NCBI GenBank assembly: GCA_028534125.1
Contig: CM052816.1
Coordinates: 59,770,001-59,834,000 of the forward strand
Source of the DNA: Lama glama
Taxonomy: Eukaryota
Reading direction: 5' to 3'
Length of the DNA: 64,000 nucleotides
This document shows, piece after piece, positions 26,440 through 38,837 of the stretch; the stretch's first letter is position 1, and each line of letters begins with the position of its first letter. Made by a program: the position numbers and the translations under genes. The notes below the pieces were generated by a model. That model was not told where the DNA came from and did not search any database. It saw only the letters and a list, made by a program, of their open reading frames with translations.

Positions 26440-27600
26440 GTATAATTTGATTAATTTGCACAAAATGAATAATTAAGTATACTTTATAAAATGAGTGCAG
26501 ATCAAGAAACAGAATATTTTCAGCACTCATAGAAGTCCTCAGTATTCCTCTCATCCTAGAATCATATCCTTCCCCTAAGCCCTGCCCTGGGTAACCATTA
26601 CTTGACTTTTAGTAGCATAGATTTGTTTTACCTTATTTTGTACTTTCATGTAAATGAATTCCTGTAGCATTTACCTTTTTTTCACTTTTTTCATTCAATA
26701 TTATTTTGGGGAGATTAATCTATATTTTTGCATATAGTAAATCTTTCAGTCTTATTGCTATATACTATTTTGTTGTGTGAATAGAAAACTTATTTATACG
26801 TTCTACTGTTAATAGGCATTTGAACAGTTTCCAGCCTTGGGCCAACTACTACTGCCTTTTGGTGAACATGTATAGAAGTCTGAAGTCAGCATGACATTTT
26901 CCCCATTTTAGGCAATCTGTGACTTCTGTCTCAATGCTTTTAGAGCTCTTCGCTTTTGAATTTCAGAATGTCATAAAAAAATTGATTGCTTTTCAGTAAT
27001 TTTACCTAGTGGAGTAATTCTTTTTACTCTGCACAAAATTTCTTTTAATTCAGTTAGGTTTTTTTCTTCTGTATTTTTAACTTCTTTTCAAGTATTTCAT
27101 TCACACCCATTATTCATGTTGAAGATCTCTGTTTTTGCATTTTATATCTATTAACTTCTCTTTTATTTTTTTCTAGTTTTCTGCCCTGCCTCTCTATGTG
27201 CTTTAGAATTTCCTGCTATGCATCTTCCAGGCTTCTGATTTGTCTTTCTGCATTGTTGATTCTTTTCTCTATGTCTATATCTCTGTCTCTTTGACTTATA
27301 CTACCATTTAAAATTTTGAGATAATTTACTTGTTTTTCATAGCAAAGCTGGTACTTTTAAATTTCGGTTCCTTTACTATTTCATCTTTTATCTCTTTTTT
27401 CTTAGAGTTCATGTTTTCCCTTTTTTCTATTATTCTTTTAAAATCAAAATATTTATTATCTACTTTTCAGTTTCCCAGAGTAAATATTTTCTAAAACGAT
27501 GTTCTTTTTTGGAATGTAGTATTTATTTTTTATTACAGATTTTTTCAGAAGTCTCATTTTTCCCTTTGCTTAAGTTAAAAAGAAAACAACACTATATACA
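26440..27600 (-). mobile_element. Old L1M fragments (L1ME-like 3'UTR plus T-rich internal remnants)
   Basis: cagatcaagaaacagaatattttcagcact and ggtaaccattacttgacttt, followed by degenerate T-rich antisense L1 sequence. Confidence 0.55.
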
Positions 27601-29374
27601 ATTGTCATTTTTAAACAAACAATAAATAGTATAAATGGAGTCTTGCATCTCCTCCTGTTGTACTTTGGTGAGTTTCCTGTCTTCCCTTTGAATCTAGGCT
27701 GAATGCCTAGCTGGACAAGCTAATGTAATCTGTTCAGCCATTGAAATCATTCAGAAGCCTTTGGTTGAGGAGATAATTGGGCATTATGACCCATTGTGAT
27801 TTAAAAAATTTATTATTGTAGGCTGTTTCTATGTATGTTTGAAATTACTTCAAGTTCCAGTTCCACTGAGTTGGGAGAATATTCTGTTTTATTCAGTAGA
27901 CTCTAATTACCAGTCATACTGGGGCAAATTTGACATCAAGAAATTCCCACTATTATGTCCTTTTTATTTGGTGAAAAGGCATAAATTTTTTTCTTCACCA
28001 CCAGCTTCTCCCTTTCGCATATTACCATGCACTTCATATGTAGCCACAGAAATAGCTCCAAACAAGGTAAGTTTCATCTCCTCAATAACCCAACTTCCAG
28101 ACACTGTGTCGCCAGATTACCATCGTTAATAACCCTCTGAGACAAAGAATCCTGAGGGAAAACAACTTTGACTTTCCTCAAGGGATCTGTGATATGTAAA
28201 CACAACAGAGGCAGGTTTCAACTGCCTTGGTTTCTCCCACAGCCTCCCAACTCTTTCAGTCTTTGTCCTTTCAAACTAAGGGATATTTAGAAGAATTTTC
28301 CAGAATGATCTATTCTTACTTGTCACGAATTCATACTCCCACATCATTCTCTCAGTTGTGTGGTAGCTCACTGAATCATTCTTTGCTATCATTGAAAGGT
28401 CATCTTTTTTCCGTTAGAAATGTCAGAAATGTTAAGAGTACGAGATTGACATAATCACAAAGATTAAGTGCTGGCATAACTTTATTGTATATCTTCCTCT
28501 CTCTGTAGTCTTTTAGTTGGTTTTAATGATTAGAAGGGAAGGGCTGTTACAACTGCTTTTCCTTCTGTCTTCTACTAAACTCTTGCATTTTTGGTAATAG
28601 ACACTGTATATTTCTTTTTCTTTTCTTTTAATGAATCCTGTATGAACCTAAACTTTATAGGGTATAATATCTTAGGACAATTCACCACTTTCTTTATCTA
28701 TTTAATAAATGTGGCTTTTCATAAATTAGGTTTAATACATAACTGTGGTTATGGCAACATACCTCCCAATTTGCTCACTTTTTTCTCTTCCTCTTTTGAT
28801 TTTTAATGAGGCAATTACACTCCTCTTCACATATGCAGAATTATTCTGCTGGGAATAATATTGCAAATTACTTTGCCAATAAAATTTCTGTTGCAGCAAT
28901 ATGGCAGGAAGTAAAGTGTTTTTTTCCCATTGGAATTCAGTTTTAATTCACTGCTCAAAGGTTTCCACTGCATATATTGAATATACTGCAATCTATAAAT
29001 AAATAAGAAAACTTTTGAAATCCAATGGCAAAAGATAATGAGAGGTACTTTAATACTGCTTTCATACAATCATCTTGCTTTAAAACTTCCTTTGCTTGGT
29101 AGAGTGATACGGGGCTGGGGGAAATGCACATGACAGGGTAAATTATTAAGAACAGCATTCTTGTGATCTATAAACCTCTTGTTTTCACCCCTTCATTTTC
29201 TTTTAAGATCAAACATGGATTGAGAGCTTTCAATGCTCAACGTCATAAAAAAAGAAAAGAATACAGAACCAGTGGGGCTACTCTACAGTGTGTCCTTCTG
29301 GAAGGGCATCATCTATTTGAATTATTAAATCTCTTACAAGAGTTTGTGAATATGGTCTGATGAAAAAGTCTACG

Positions 29375-29550
29375 GTGTGGTAAGTCAAGACTGGATTAGG
29401 AGTCAGGTGATACGGCCTTTGCCGTTAACTGGTTGTGTGACCTTGAGGGAGTCACTTTATCTCTCCAGGCATCTGCTTCTCAATCTGTAAACTAGGGGGG
29501 TAATATTAGAGGTCCCTAAGCTCCCTTCCTGTTCTCAGACTCTATGAAAC
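29375..29550 (+). mobile_element. MIR (MIR3/MIRc-like) SINE
   Basis: ggattaggagtcagg...tgtgtgaccttgagggagtcacttt...atctgtaaa...ttctcagactctatga. Confidence 0.7.
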
Positions 29551-32500
29551 ACAAAGAGTCTCCCATGTGTAATTAAAAATGGAAGGTCTGCTGAAGCTTG
29601 TGGGTGTGAACAAAGCAGTCAAGCGGACAGAAAGACAGGAATAGTTTCAGCAGCCTCTAGGATATGCTTAGATAATTTCCAACTAAATATTGTGGGAAAA
29701 CATGCTGATCTCTATGTGAATCACTAGAAACTCATTTAGTCAAATACTAGAATAGGTCTGATGGTTTAAAAACAACTGTGCCGCCGGTACTGCTGCCTTA
29801 GACACAAGGCAGATGTCACTCGTCACATCTGAGCATCAGCACTGAGCCTGCTCCTCCCACTCCCTCTCAACAGAGCATTCCAGAAACAGCCTCCAGTCAG
29901 TGCGGTCAGCATGTAAGATGTCATTGCGACGCCATCCTAAACCCTAAAGAGTTATTCAATATCCACAGCAAGTTACATTTTCAGAACATGAGGGAACTTG
30001 AAATGCCCTACACTGCTTGCCAGTTATTTACTGAGAAATGCCCTGGCATCTACCTTGAAGACACCTCACAACCAAAAACACTTTGGGAAAACTTGGGGAA
30101 TTAATTTCTATGAAATGTTCTTGGCTTATGGAGTTTAGTTTATTTAAACTAATTAAAATGATAATTGTTAATATAATTGATCCATTATAAGAACATGATA
30201 TTAATTCCCTCTTGCACAAATAAAGCTTGAAAAAAGTGGGCAAAGAGCTTGTGAATCTTGCCCTCTGGTAGAAGGGCTGCTGGGAACTTTCCATAGAAAT
30301 TTTCTGACCTGGAGCATCTGATGACAGTCAGGACACACAGAATGACCTCATTTCAGGACTCACCAGCATATTATTCCCAGCAAAGGTATATTACTAGATT
30401 CTTGGAGAAAGAGTGCATTTTAATTGCCATTTTTCAACTTATATAAGAAACAAATATTCAATATCAAAAACTATAAAAGAGAGGAGGTAGGGAGGGAAGA
30501 CAGAGAGAGAATTATAAAGAGAAAGTAAAATTTGCCTGTTACCCCGCAATTTTTGAAAAACTGCCATTAACAGTATTTCTAGGTAGGTGTTTTTAATACA
30601 AACTACTGATCAGGATACATAACTGTTTTACATTTGCTAAAAAGGCCCATCCTTTTAGCATTTCCCTGACCTCAAGCACATTTCATCTGTTGGCTAAAGT
30701 TTTTTGATGCTGAGAAGATTCTTTCTCATTTAATTGACCCCCTCAAGTTCTAAACCCATAAAACTGAGACACAGCTTTTATCACTCAGGTCTGTGTTCTT
30801 TAAATTTTCCATTAGCATCAAAGATAAATTTTGATTTGGAACGAGACCAAGAAACTCGAATCAGAATGAAGGAAACATCCAGATTTGCCAGTCTCTAGTT
30901 TCCTTTTCTAAGCATTTCCATTTGATTCCCTTCTCTTCCCCACCCATTGCTTTATACAGAACAAGCACCATTTCAGTCTCTCTTTGAAGCAGAATTATGC
31001 CATCACCTGGAACTGGGTGACAGAGACCTGATGTTTAAATCAGTGTTGTTACAACAATGAGCATGGAAGTGGAGGAGAACGGAGAAACAGTCATCATGTT
31101 CCTATGATTTCTTGTGCTTTTTAGCCTTCTTGGCTCACCTGCAGGAAGGATGGGACTTTAGGAATTAGGTTTGTTTACATGAAGCAACTGTTCTACTCTT
31201 CAGTGGAGGAACATTTGGAAAAGTTCTCCTTCCCTTTGGAATGTTGGCCGGTCCTGCATCCTTTCTGCCACGTAGTAAGAAATGTGAACTGCCCACTAAC
31301 GAGCTTTTGAGAATCTGAGTTTTTTCTGCGGAGTGGCGATGTTCTTACCTGCTGAGGACTGGAAACCATGTGATTGATAAAGAGAACCCAGAGGAGATTC
31401 CTCCTAGGAAAACACACCTGTCAGTGAGACCGCTGAAGAGGAAGGAACAGGGTGAGTAAACCTGCACTGACAGATGATCCCACACGGGGGATGCATGTCC
31501 CAGGGGACGGGCAGAAGCCTGCAGCAAGGTGCCTGTTCTCCTCTTGCTAAAAACCCAAAGGCAAGGACGATGGGAGGACAGTTTTGTCAATGTTTCCACA
31601 AGAGCATATGAAACCCTGAAACATCAGACCCGAAGAAAAGAGGTGCCAAACCCTTGAAAAAACCATAACCACGGGGACTCCTAAAGGTTACAGCCAGGCC
31701 AAAAAACAAACAAACAAGCAAAAAGTATTAAATCCTCCAACCTGGTTAAACGAGCTATTCATCTTATGGGCTGTGGCTCGTAACTGTCATTCTATTACTT
31801 AGGAATCAAAGATGGGTCCTGGCAGCGACCCAGCTAAAAGTGAGAAGAAAGAAAACTAAACTGTTGTAACTAGTTTATCTTTTTTAAGTAAGCAACAAAA
31901 CAACTGCGAGGCATATACTGCATACTTCGTGTCTTGGATCCACAAGGGAGCCATGCCAAATGTCAGATTAAATATTCCACAGCTGAAGTGTTTGCATAAC
32001 TTTTTGGTGGCTACCATTTAAAGAAAGAAAAACAGTGATGGGCCTTTAAAAAAATATTCCCTTAACTTGACATGCTCACAGTGTACTGCCAGCAATTGCT
32101 CTCAACTTGGAAGGCAAGGCCACGCATATCTTGTCCCTGGAGTGACAGTGCCAGCTGGCAAGCCTGTCTCTGTGTTTCCATTCACCCCAGGAGCATGAAG
32201 CCCCACTGTGCGCCCAAAGGCCACAGCTGCACTGCTGTACTGTTTGAGCATCTCTGCTTTGGCTAAGAAGCAAGTCATTTTAAGAAGGAATTTCCTGGTT
32301 CCTGAAGTGTCTGTCATGTTTCAACAATAAGTTTGCAATGGCTGCGCGTGTTTTCAGTTTGGGTTGGCTCTGTGGGTCTGCCCGGGAAACTGGAGACAGG
32401 TCTTTTATTGAAACAAAATAATAAGTCTGAACAAATCAGCTTTATTGTCATTGGCCCTGGCTGGTGGGGATTAACTTTAGCTTTATATTTCTAAAGGATT

Positions 32501-32569
32501 GCTCAAGAGATGATGCTCTTCAATTTCAGGTTATTTGAGGGGAGGGAGAGAACTGACACATTTGAAATG

Positions 32570-32735
32570 CCTACTAAGTGTCAGGTGCTTTTCATGGATG
32601 ATCTCAATGTCTTTTCCTTACCATAAATAGAAGGAGTTGTTCCTCTATTCATTTTACCAATGAGGAAATGGAGACACTGAGAGGGTCATTCACTTATCCA
32701 AGGTCACATAGTTAAGAGTGCAGGATGTGAAATCC
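32570..32735 (-). mobile_element. MIR SINE
   Basis: cattttaccaatgaggaaatggagacactgagagg...ccaaggtcacatagtta. Confidence 0.75.
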
Positions 32736-32749
32736 AATGGCTTTGTTTC

Positions 32750-32890
32750 ACCCCAGATCTGCCACTTACCCTCTGTGACTTTAGGCAAGTCACTTGACCT
32801 CTCTGTTCCAACTTTCTCATCTGGAAAATGAGAATATTCATGGGAATCCTCCATCAAGGACTATACTGAGTAAAGCGATCAATACCTGAA
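32750..32890 (+). mobile_element. MIR SINE
   Basis: tctgccacttaccctctgtgactttaggcaagtcacttgacctctctg...ctcatctggaaaatgagaata. Confidence 0.8.
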
Positions 32891-33784
32891 CTGGTCAATA
32901 CATTCATGTGACATGACAGTGCAGAGATTTCAACCTAGTGCAACTCCACCCCAGGTTGGTGCGATGCCACCTCCTCACCAGTCTGAGGGTCAATGCCACT
33001 CCTCTCCACCGGGAAGGTTTAAGTCAACACAGATGTGCAAAAAGCTTAAAGCTGAAGGTGATTTTACATCTTTGTTCTAAAATTATTTTCTCTATTGAGG
33101 CAACAGGACCTGTAGCTCTGGCTCAGGCTTCTACAAAAGAAGCTCCTTCTGAAAAGGAACCAGAAGGAGAAGAGAAGAGATGGGAGGTGTGGAGGAAAGA
33201 GGGAGCCACCGTCTCATTGTCCAGGTCGGCGGCTTGGATTCAGAACTAAAAACTGAAAAACCACCTTGTGGTGTGTTTTCTCATGATAGCTGACATTTAG
33301 TCTGGTCATTACAGCAAAAGTCAGAGCTAAACTGGTGATGCTAGCAGATGTCAATCATCACAGTGCCTGACAGCCTGGGGCTCAAGCCCTGCCTGGGTGC
33401 TTCCTGGGTGCCAGGCTCTTTGCTGGACCCTGGGGTGCCAAGATGGGTAAGACACAGTCCCTGCGCTGGCAGAACTCAGACAAGTGATCACATGAGCCTA
33501 AACTGTGCAGGGACCTTGCTCTCCAATGAGGCTGTATAAATTATCGATCATCTGAAATCCATTCAAAAGGAAACTTAGGTACTTCATGAGCTGTCTTGAA
33601 ACCAGGAATATCTGAAGGTTTGTGAAGAGACTTAGGTAACTTTCTGGAATAATCCTCAGTGAGAAAGCAAAATCCACAAGTAGGAGGGAGTCCATAATGC
33701 AACCAATCCAGTAAATCACTTGGAAGTTTTTCCAGACTTGCAAGGATTTCTTAGGCACCAGTTGCCCCAATAACTAACCCCAAG

Positions 33785-33950
33785 GACTTGGAATCCAAAA
33801 CCTGAAGATGAGTTCCGGCCTCACCACTTACAAGCTGTATGACTTTAGCCAAAAATCACTCAACCTGTCTGAGTCATTTTTTTATCTGTAAAATGGGGAA
33901 AATAAATAATATTCAGGCTACAGGATTATTATTATCAAAAAGTAAATAGA
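33785..33950 (+). mobile_element. MIR SINE
   Basis: caccacttacaagctgtatgacttt...aacctgtctgagtc...tctgtaaaatgggga. Confidence 0.7.
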
Positions 33951-34224
33951 TGAATGTCTTTTAAAGCCCCTTTTATACAGTAAAGACTTGTAAATACTTA
34001 CTCTTGTTACTTCCATTCATACTTTCTCTTCCATTCTGTTTGGATAAATTTTTCATAGTGTGACTTTTAGGCTGTAAGTTTTTTACTTTATAGTTTGATA
34101 TTTGTGAATATTTCACTAAAGAAGAGTGGAAAAAAAAACCCAGCATCAGTGAGCAGTTTTTCAATACTACCTCCATGAGGCGGCGGTGGGTAAAAACAGG
34201 GTACCTCCCACTATTTTATTTTTA

Positions 34225-34470
34225 AACATTTATTTGCGGATTATTTACTTTTTATCAGGTACTGTGCTAAATGTTGTGTATGTATGTGTGTGTAAAATTT
34301 CACAACATTCTCATTCACATAACAAACTCATTAGAATATTATTATTTCCATCTTACAAATAAACTATGGTTCCAAAAGCCCAAGCAACATCCTCAAGGTC
34401 AGAAATCTAGTAACCAGTTGAACTGGGATGTGAACTTCTGTTTGCCTAACTCCAAAGCATAGGTTCTCAA
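34225..34470 (-). mobile_element. MIR SINE
   Basis: aacatttatt...caggtactgtgctaaatg...ccatcttacaaataaac...tcaaggtcaga...ctccaaagc. Confidence 0.6.
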
Positions 34471-34849
34471 CTACAATCTATCCTGTGTCTGAAGATGATG
34501 ATACTAATAATCTGCAATGGGAAAGGGAGTGACGATAACAACGTCCATTTATTATGTTCACAGGAAACTGAAATGTGATCATTTATGACTTTCTTTGAGG
34601 GTTGGATAATAATTATAAATATATACCTATGATAGAAATTTATGAGATATGATCTAAGCAAAAGAATAAAGAGTATAAAATACAATGTAAAATATGTGAC
34701 GCTTTTATACAAGCCTCCTCTTTACCAGGACCCCTGTCTTCCCTGAGCTGATCTTGAGGGTCTTATACCATTATCAACTTCCAGCCAGAAGGAATCTCAC
34801 AACTCTGAATTCCCAGAGCCTCTTAGAAGAATCTTTTTTATGACTAGCC

Positions 34850-35740
34850 CTCCAGTCTCAGGACCTTTGCATTTACTATTCTCTCTGCTTGGAACATTAT
34901 TCTCCAAGAAACCTGTTCAGCTCATCTGTTCACTTCATGGAAGTGTCTGTGCAAATGTTCCTTATAAAAGAAAATATGGTGTATATATATATAGACACAA
35001 CAGAATACTACTCAGCCATAAAAAAGAATGAAATAATGCCATTTGCAGCAACATAGATGGACCTAGATTGAAGTAAGTCGCTCTAGGAGCTATGTGAAGT
35101 AAGCCAGACAGAGAAAGACAAATACCATATGATATCACTTATATGTGGAATCTAAAAAAATGATACAAATAAATGTATTTACAAAACAGAAAGAGACTCA
35201 CAGACATAGAAAACAAACTTATGGTTACCAGGGGGGGAAATGGAGGGGGAGTAAATTGGGAGTTTGGGATTAGCAGATACAAATTACTATATACTGAATA
35301 GATAAACAACAAGGTCCTACTGTATAGCACCAGGAACTATATTCAATAACTTACAACAACCTATAGTGGAAAATATGAAAAAGAATATACATATACATAT
35401 ATATATACACACACGGATGTATAACTGGAAAAAAGTCCCTTATCAGACAGACCCTCCAGTTTGATGACTTAAGTCTTTTCTCATCATATTGTACAAAATA
35501 GCCAAGTCCCCCTCATCATTATCCATAGCCTTACTTTATTTTTCATTAGAGGAGTTCCTATCATTGGAGATATTATTTCATATTTATGCATTTGTTTACT
35601 GACTACTTCTATGACTCACACAGAAGCTCTGTAAGAGCCCTGGGAATTTCTTTTGTTTCTTGATGCCCCAAATCTAGAATGGCACTGGACACACAGTAGT
35701 GTGCAATATATATTTGATAAATGGATGAATGAAATGAAGA
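34850..35740 (+). mobile_element. L2a 3' end, interrupted by a younger L1
   Basis: caggacctttgcatttactattctctctgcttggaac before the insert. Afterwards cagtagtgtgcaatatatatttgataaatggatgaatgaa, the typical L2 tail. Confidence 0.75.
34966..35434 (+). mobile_element. Lineage-specific L1 3' fragment with degenerate TSD
   Basis: tactactcagccataaaaaagaatgaaataatgccatttgcagcaaca...gataaacaacaaggtcctactgtatagcac. Flanked by aaatgttccttat (34953-34965) and aaaagtcccttat (35431-35443). Confidence 0.9.
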
Positions 35741-35984
35741 ATGAATTACTATGGCCCTTTCTCTTTTGTATCATAGTTGGTTATACATGGGTCTTACCTC
35801 ACCTAGGAAACTATGAACTTTTTGAGGTCAGGATCTGTGCTTGTTTCATTTTTATATCTCTTTAGTTCCTAACACAGTACTTGCAATTTGTTTACTGACT
35901 GAAAATTTGCAGAGATTTTATATACAATGCCTCATTTGTGACCCCTAGGAGTCTATAAAATAGGTTGATATTTTTATCCCCATC

Positions 35985-36167
35985 TGTCTTAGCTTGACCT
36001 GCTATACCAAAATACCATAGACTGGGTGATTTAAACAATAGATACTTATTTCTCACAGTTCTGGAAGCTGGGAAGTCCAAGAATAAGGTGCGAGCTGATT
36101 TGGTTCCTGGTGAGACCCCTTTACCTGGCTTGGAGGCTGCCACCTTCTCACTGAGTTCTTACATGGT

Positions 36168-36205
<38 letters not shown>

Positions 36206-36377
36206 GCAGCTTTGGACTCTTCTTCTAAGGGCACTAATCTCATTCATGAGGGCTCCACCCTCATGACCTCATCTAAACTTAACCCCCAAAGTCCCCACCT
36301 CCAAACACCATCACACTGAGGTTACAGCTTCATAATAACAAATTTTTGGGGGGGGGACCAACATTTGGTCTATAATA
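35985..36377 (-). mobile_element. MLT1A-type solo LTR inserted in a MIR core
   Basis: tgtcttagc...ctcacagttctggaagctgggaagtccaag...tctataata, with 5-bp TSD ccatc/ccatt. The MIR core resumes as ccattttacagatgagaaac. Confidence 0.85.
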
Positions 36378-36729
36378 CCATTTTACAGATGAGAAACCAT
36401 AAGTCAAAGAAATGCAATAATTTTTCCAAGGTCAAAGATAATGAAGAAGTCAAGTCTCAAGTTCTTTTCTCCACAAGTCTGGTACTCTCTTCTTGAAGGG
36501 ACATGGTCTCTCCCTGTGTTAGGCCCATAAACAACTATTGAACAAGGAATGAGAAAGCAGATACTGAAGCAGTGCCTCACTTGGAGGTACAGAGGAGGCA
36601 GGAAGAGTAAAAGCCTTTCACACAGTCAACATAAAAGTAGATGTCTGCTTTCGGGTTTTCTTAAATATTATTTTTTTTAATCAAACATGGTTTTAAAAGT
36701 TTATTTTGTGATTGAGAAGTCTATCCTCA

Positions 36730-36885
36730 CACTTATCCCTCTCACTTTAGGCTGAAGGAATGGAGGCTCTGTGAGGGAGAATAACTAACTGAATAGGCTA
36801 CATAGCAACTAAATTGGGAGAGACAGGATTTGAGATTAGGCCAGGCTCTTTTTACCTGCAAGGGAATTCAGTTCTTAACATGATC
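36730..36885 (-). mobile_element. MIR SINE fragment
   Basis: ttaggctgaaggaatggaggctctgtgagg...caggatttga...gttcttaac. Confidence 0.5.
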
Positions 36886-37029
36886 ACTGAGAAAACACTG
36901 TGTGCCCTTCTATTTGGCCTGTTGTTCCAGTGGACATGTTTCAGAATAGAGTTATCTTCTCCAAAAGAAATGGAAAAAATATAAGTCTCTGAAAAGTTAA
37001 AGCCTTGGTCATTGATCCTTCTCTTCTAA

Positions 37030-37030
<1 letters not shown>

Positions 37031-37126
<96 letters not shown>

Positions 37127-37163
37127 TAGATACAGATATTATATATACATACATATATGTATA
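37031..37163. repeat. Compound microsatellite (TA)n(CA)n(TA)n(TG)n
   Basis: About 23 perfect TA units from 37031, then a CA run, a short TA run and a TG run. Confidence 0.95.
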
Positions 37164-38837
37164 TTTGGGGGGGAGGGGAATATCCCTGAAGGCCATTCAT
37201 TTTCTGGATTTGATGAGTTCTTTAATCCTCAAATACTTCTATAATCTGTCACTAAACCCCAGAACTCCTAGAACCATCGTATAAAGTCAACCCAGATTCC
37301 AAACTTAATGAGATTTATTCACCACTAATCTCTGTATCTATTTTTAACAGGAAATATTTTACTTATTTTCAAGACAGAACATGTCTCTGTAACATGCCAC
37401 TGCAGCAAATTCTACATTCTTGGAGATTAGAATATAAGACAGAGTAGAGGGCTAAATCTCAACCCAGAGACTGCTTTATCTTTTATGTTTTAGGCTGGAC
37501 TATAGATAGAAGGAGGAACTATGTGGTTTAGACATTAAGCAGACTAATTCAAACTTGAAAGCTGCGTTTAAATTTGCCGGTTAATGCCTGATTATGCACC
37601 ATAATTTATAATTCCAGTCTCTGTTCTACCCTACCATGGGCCAAAACAAATCAAAATCATCCAAAAACAAAATCCAAACCTGCTTTATTTGATGACAATA
37701 ATGAACGTGGAGCATTCTTTCAATTCACACGATAAGCTGACTTTATCTAGTACCCACTATACATGAAAAATCTTCATGTACCTAGCGTGACTTAAGTCGA
37801 GAACCTTCAGAGGAGCCACTTCAGAAGGTCTCCACCACTGAAGCCAGTAATGTCAGTCCTTCTTTGGAACTTTTCATTGGAAGTTGTTCCATCTTTTAAG
37901 GTTGACTTGTGAAGATGAGAAGAAATGCTGGGCAGACAAAACTAAGATGCCCACTGTACTTTTTGCATCTATAATATGAAGGATTTAGCCTGATTAAGAG
38001 GATGCTAAGGACCATTTAAGCTCCAGTATTCTGTGATGATTTCATTTTCCCCCATATAATATATTATTCTGCCAAACCCAATCACAGTGTCTTTCTTTGC
38101 AGAAACCTAAACAACTTTAGGTGGAGTAGGTCGCTTAATGATTTCCCTGTGAGCAAAATAAAATGACTTTTCTGAGGTTCAAAACTGATTCACAGTAAAT
38201 CAGTGCTGAAACAGGTATTTTCTTCTTTGGCCTCTTATTCTGGACTCACAAGCCACACAGCACATCACACATACCATTAGCTGTGTATCCTACTTCTGGC
38301 TGGCTTCAGAAATTGTCAAAGTCTGTGATAGAGCAATGAAGAAAATACAGGTGTATTGCATTTCCAGCAAATAGAGAGTTTCCTAGGAAATAATAGTTTT
38401 CAAAGTTTAAATTGTACTAAATCAGCTTGTTACTTAAAGCACTGACATGGCAAAAGATCCTTTGCTTTAGCAGATAATCACTCTGCCAGCTTTTCTATTT
38501 AGCAAGTCTAAATCTCATGAGTTGGATTTACTTAAAGTCGGCACACCTGTGAGTAACTAGAGAGCACTGAACTCAGGAGAGTGACACAATTCTTGATGGA
38601 CAAGCTGTGGCTGGTACCTGGTGCTCATGGCAGCAATGCCACTGGTGTTCCTCATTGTCACTGCATTTAGAAGCTAAGAATGTTGGAAATGACATTTCTT
38701 AAAAGCACACCTTTATTGTCCATGTTTGTCTATGACTACTTGCAGAGTACTGTCATCATGCTACCTAAGAAAGTCGAATAGAAAACATTTTAAAAATGAA
38801 GTTTTCAGAAGATTCACTCTTGAATGTAAGTAAAAAT

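Noticed and set aside
31340..31460. Strong splice-donor-like motifs on both strands (caggtaaga on minus, gggtgagt on plus)
   Set aside because: No matching acceptor, ORF or other exon evidence. Such motifs are common by chance.
37005..37244. ORFs with [12 protein letters not shown] runs
   Set aside because: Translation of a microsatellite.
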